From positions 1 to 6,148 of IMG/VR virus record IMGVR_UViG_3300045988_034039: 6,148 bases of DNA; one strand, written 5' to 3'. A program made the translations under genes and the position numbers. The stretch is from a virus. Position 1 is the first letter of the stretch, and each line of letters begins with the position of its first letter. The notes under the pieces are model-generated. The model was given only the letters and a program-made list of their open reading frames with translations, did no database searches and was not told the DNA's origin. Shown here piece by piece: positions 5,272-6,148 of this stretch.

Positions 5272-6148
5272 TTACTTAACCATTGCTGTTCCTACTATTT
5301 GACCAATTCTTTGTACGCTCTCTAGAGATCTTAGTATTATATCTGCTATAAGCTTTGTTTCTTCTAGATTTAATTTTTTCTCTGTAAATTTATTTTCCTT
5401 GTTCCACTGCTCTACTTGTGCTTCGATTTGTTTCCGGACATTTTCCCTCTGTCCTTCCCAGTTCTCGGCTTGTGCTGCCCATAGGTCTAACTGTCCTTGG
5501 ATAGTTTTTATGTTTTCGTTTGTGAACTTGGCATTGGCTGCCGCTTCCATTGCTTTCATTGTGTTTAGGTATATCTGAGAATTTATACTTTTCTGTAATG
5601 AATTTTTGATGATTGTTTTTTGGTCGTTGTCTAGGTTTACGCCTTCAATTTCAGAAACTAATCTATCGAACTCTTTAAATAGTATATGCTCTTGTACTTT
5701 GAGGTTTAATCTCTCTTGGTCTGTTTTTGCTGCTAGGTTTTCGCTTAATTCTTTAGCTGCTTTGAGTGATTCTTCATACGCCTTACCTACGTAGTACTGT
5801 TGTTTTTCTGAAGGTATTTTTGCAATAATCTCACCAACTTTTGTTTCGCTCTCCTTGATATCTTGTCTTGCCTTATCTGTGTCTACTCCCTTGGTTTTGT
5901 TTGCTTCTGCGTATGCCTTGGCTGCTTCTGCATTCATCAGATTCGTTTGTGCCTTGATTTGGCTTAATTGAAGTCCCATACCCACTGCTTGCGCTTGTGA
6001 CAGTCCGACTCCACTACCGCTTGCTCCACCTGTACTTCCTGTCCCTGCTCCGCCACTTCCTGCGCTTCCGTACATTAATGCAGGATTTAATCCTGCTTCT
6101 TCCAGGCGTTGTTTTTGATTCTTCGCTGAGTTGTATTCTGCCGTCATT
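5272..6148 (-). CDS. VP2: VP2 (DNA pilot / minor capsid protein), C-terminal part. The frame is open at the window end and continues from nt 294-1 through the circular junction.
   Basis: It contains the EEAGLNPALMYG motif characteristic of microvirus VP2, a Gly/Ser-rich stretch (GSAGSGGAGTGSTGGASGSG), and then a long heptad-like charged helical region. TAA stop at 5274-5272. Nt 6094-6148 duplicate nt 1-55. Confidence 0.85.
   Translation of the reverse strand, partial: MTAEYNSAKNQKQRLEEAGLNPALMYGSAGSGGAGTGSTGGASGSGVGLSQAQAVGMGLQLSQIKAQTNLMNAEAAKAYAEANKTKGVDTDKARQDIKESETKVGEIIAKIPSEKQQYYVGKAYEESLKAAKELSENLAAKTDQERLNLKVQEHILFKEFDRLVSEIEGVNLDNDQKTIIKNSLQKSINSQIYLNTMKAMEAAANAKFTNENIKTIQGQLDLWAAQAENWEGQRENVRKQIEAQVEQWNKENKFTEKKLNLEETKLIADIILRSLESVQRIGQIVGTAMVK
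6094..6148. repeat. Second copy of the 55-nt terminal overlap (identical to 1-55).
   Basis: Exact identity to nt 1-55 by inspection. Confidence 0.95.

Noticed and set aside
859-5794. Other plus-strand ORFs in the track (859-1053, 1875-2105, 2768-2968, 3121-3393, 3314-3508, 4801-5076, 5606-5794).
   Set aside because: All are antisense to better-supported minus-strand genes. They encode hydrophobic, low-complexity Leu/Phe/Ser/Ile-rich peptides expected from the T-rich strand, and the T-rich composition makes stop codons relatively rare there.
1-6148. Searches for a tRNA, CRISPR repeats, an integrase/transposase or a toxin-antitoxin pair.
   Set aside because: There is no cloverleaf-compatible sequence with a T-loop motif and no regularly spaced repeats. 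No ORF has recombinase or transposase motifs apart from the HUH Rep, which is the phage replication protein.

Overview
The window is one complete, circularly permuted genome of a small ssDNA phage of the family Microviridae. Nt 1-55 are identical to nt 6094-6148, so the unit length is 6,093 nt. The sequence is given as the complement of the coding strand, and every credible gene is on the minus strand. Three hallmark genes are recognisable from their translations. They are the major capsid protein VP1 (666 aa), the HUH rolling-circle replication initiator VP4 (334 aa), and the DNA pilot / minor capsid protein VP2 (371 aa once the two pieces at the window ends are joined). A 112-aa ORF sits directly after VP1, and five tightly packed small ORFs (63-78 aa, no recognisable family) lie between VP4 and VP1. 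One of the five has a lipoprotein-like signal sequence. Several features suggest an Alpavirinae-like microvirus of a Bacteroidota host: the large capsid protein, the VP4 N-terminus (MCLYPRLIPNPKY), the absence of Shine-Dalgarno sequences, and a Bacteroides-type -33/-7 promoter match. That placement is an inference, not something shown by the sequence. Two non-coding regions are the most interesting parts. The first is a ~205-nt GC-rich (about 54% against about 25% in the flank) multi-hairpin element immediately after the VP4 stop codon (4061-4265). The second is the 209-nt gap between the 112-aa ORF and VP2 (295-503), which is packed with direct repeats, perfect palindromes and a 10-bp stem presenting a repeat copy in its loop. 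These are candidate replication origins or structured ssDNA/RNA elements with no assigned function. I see no tRNA, rRNA, CRISPR array, integrase or transposase.
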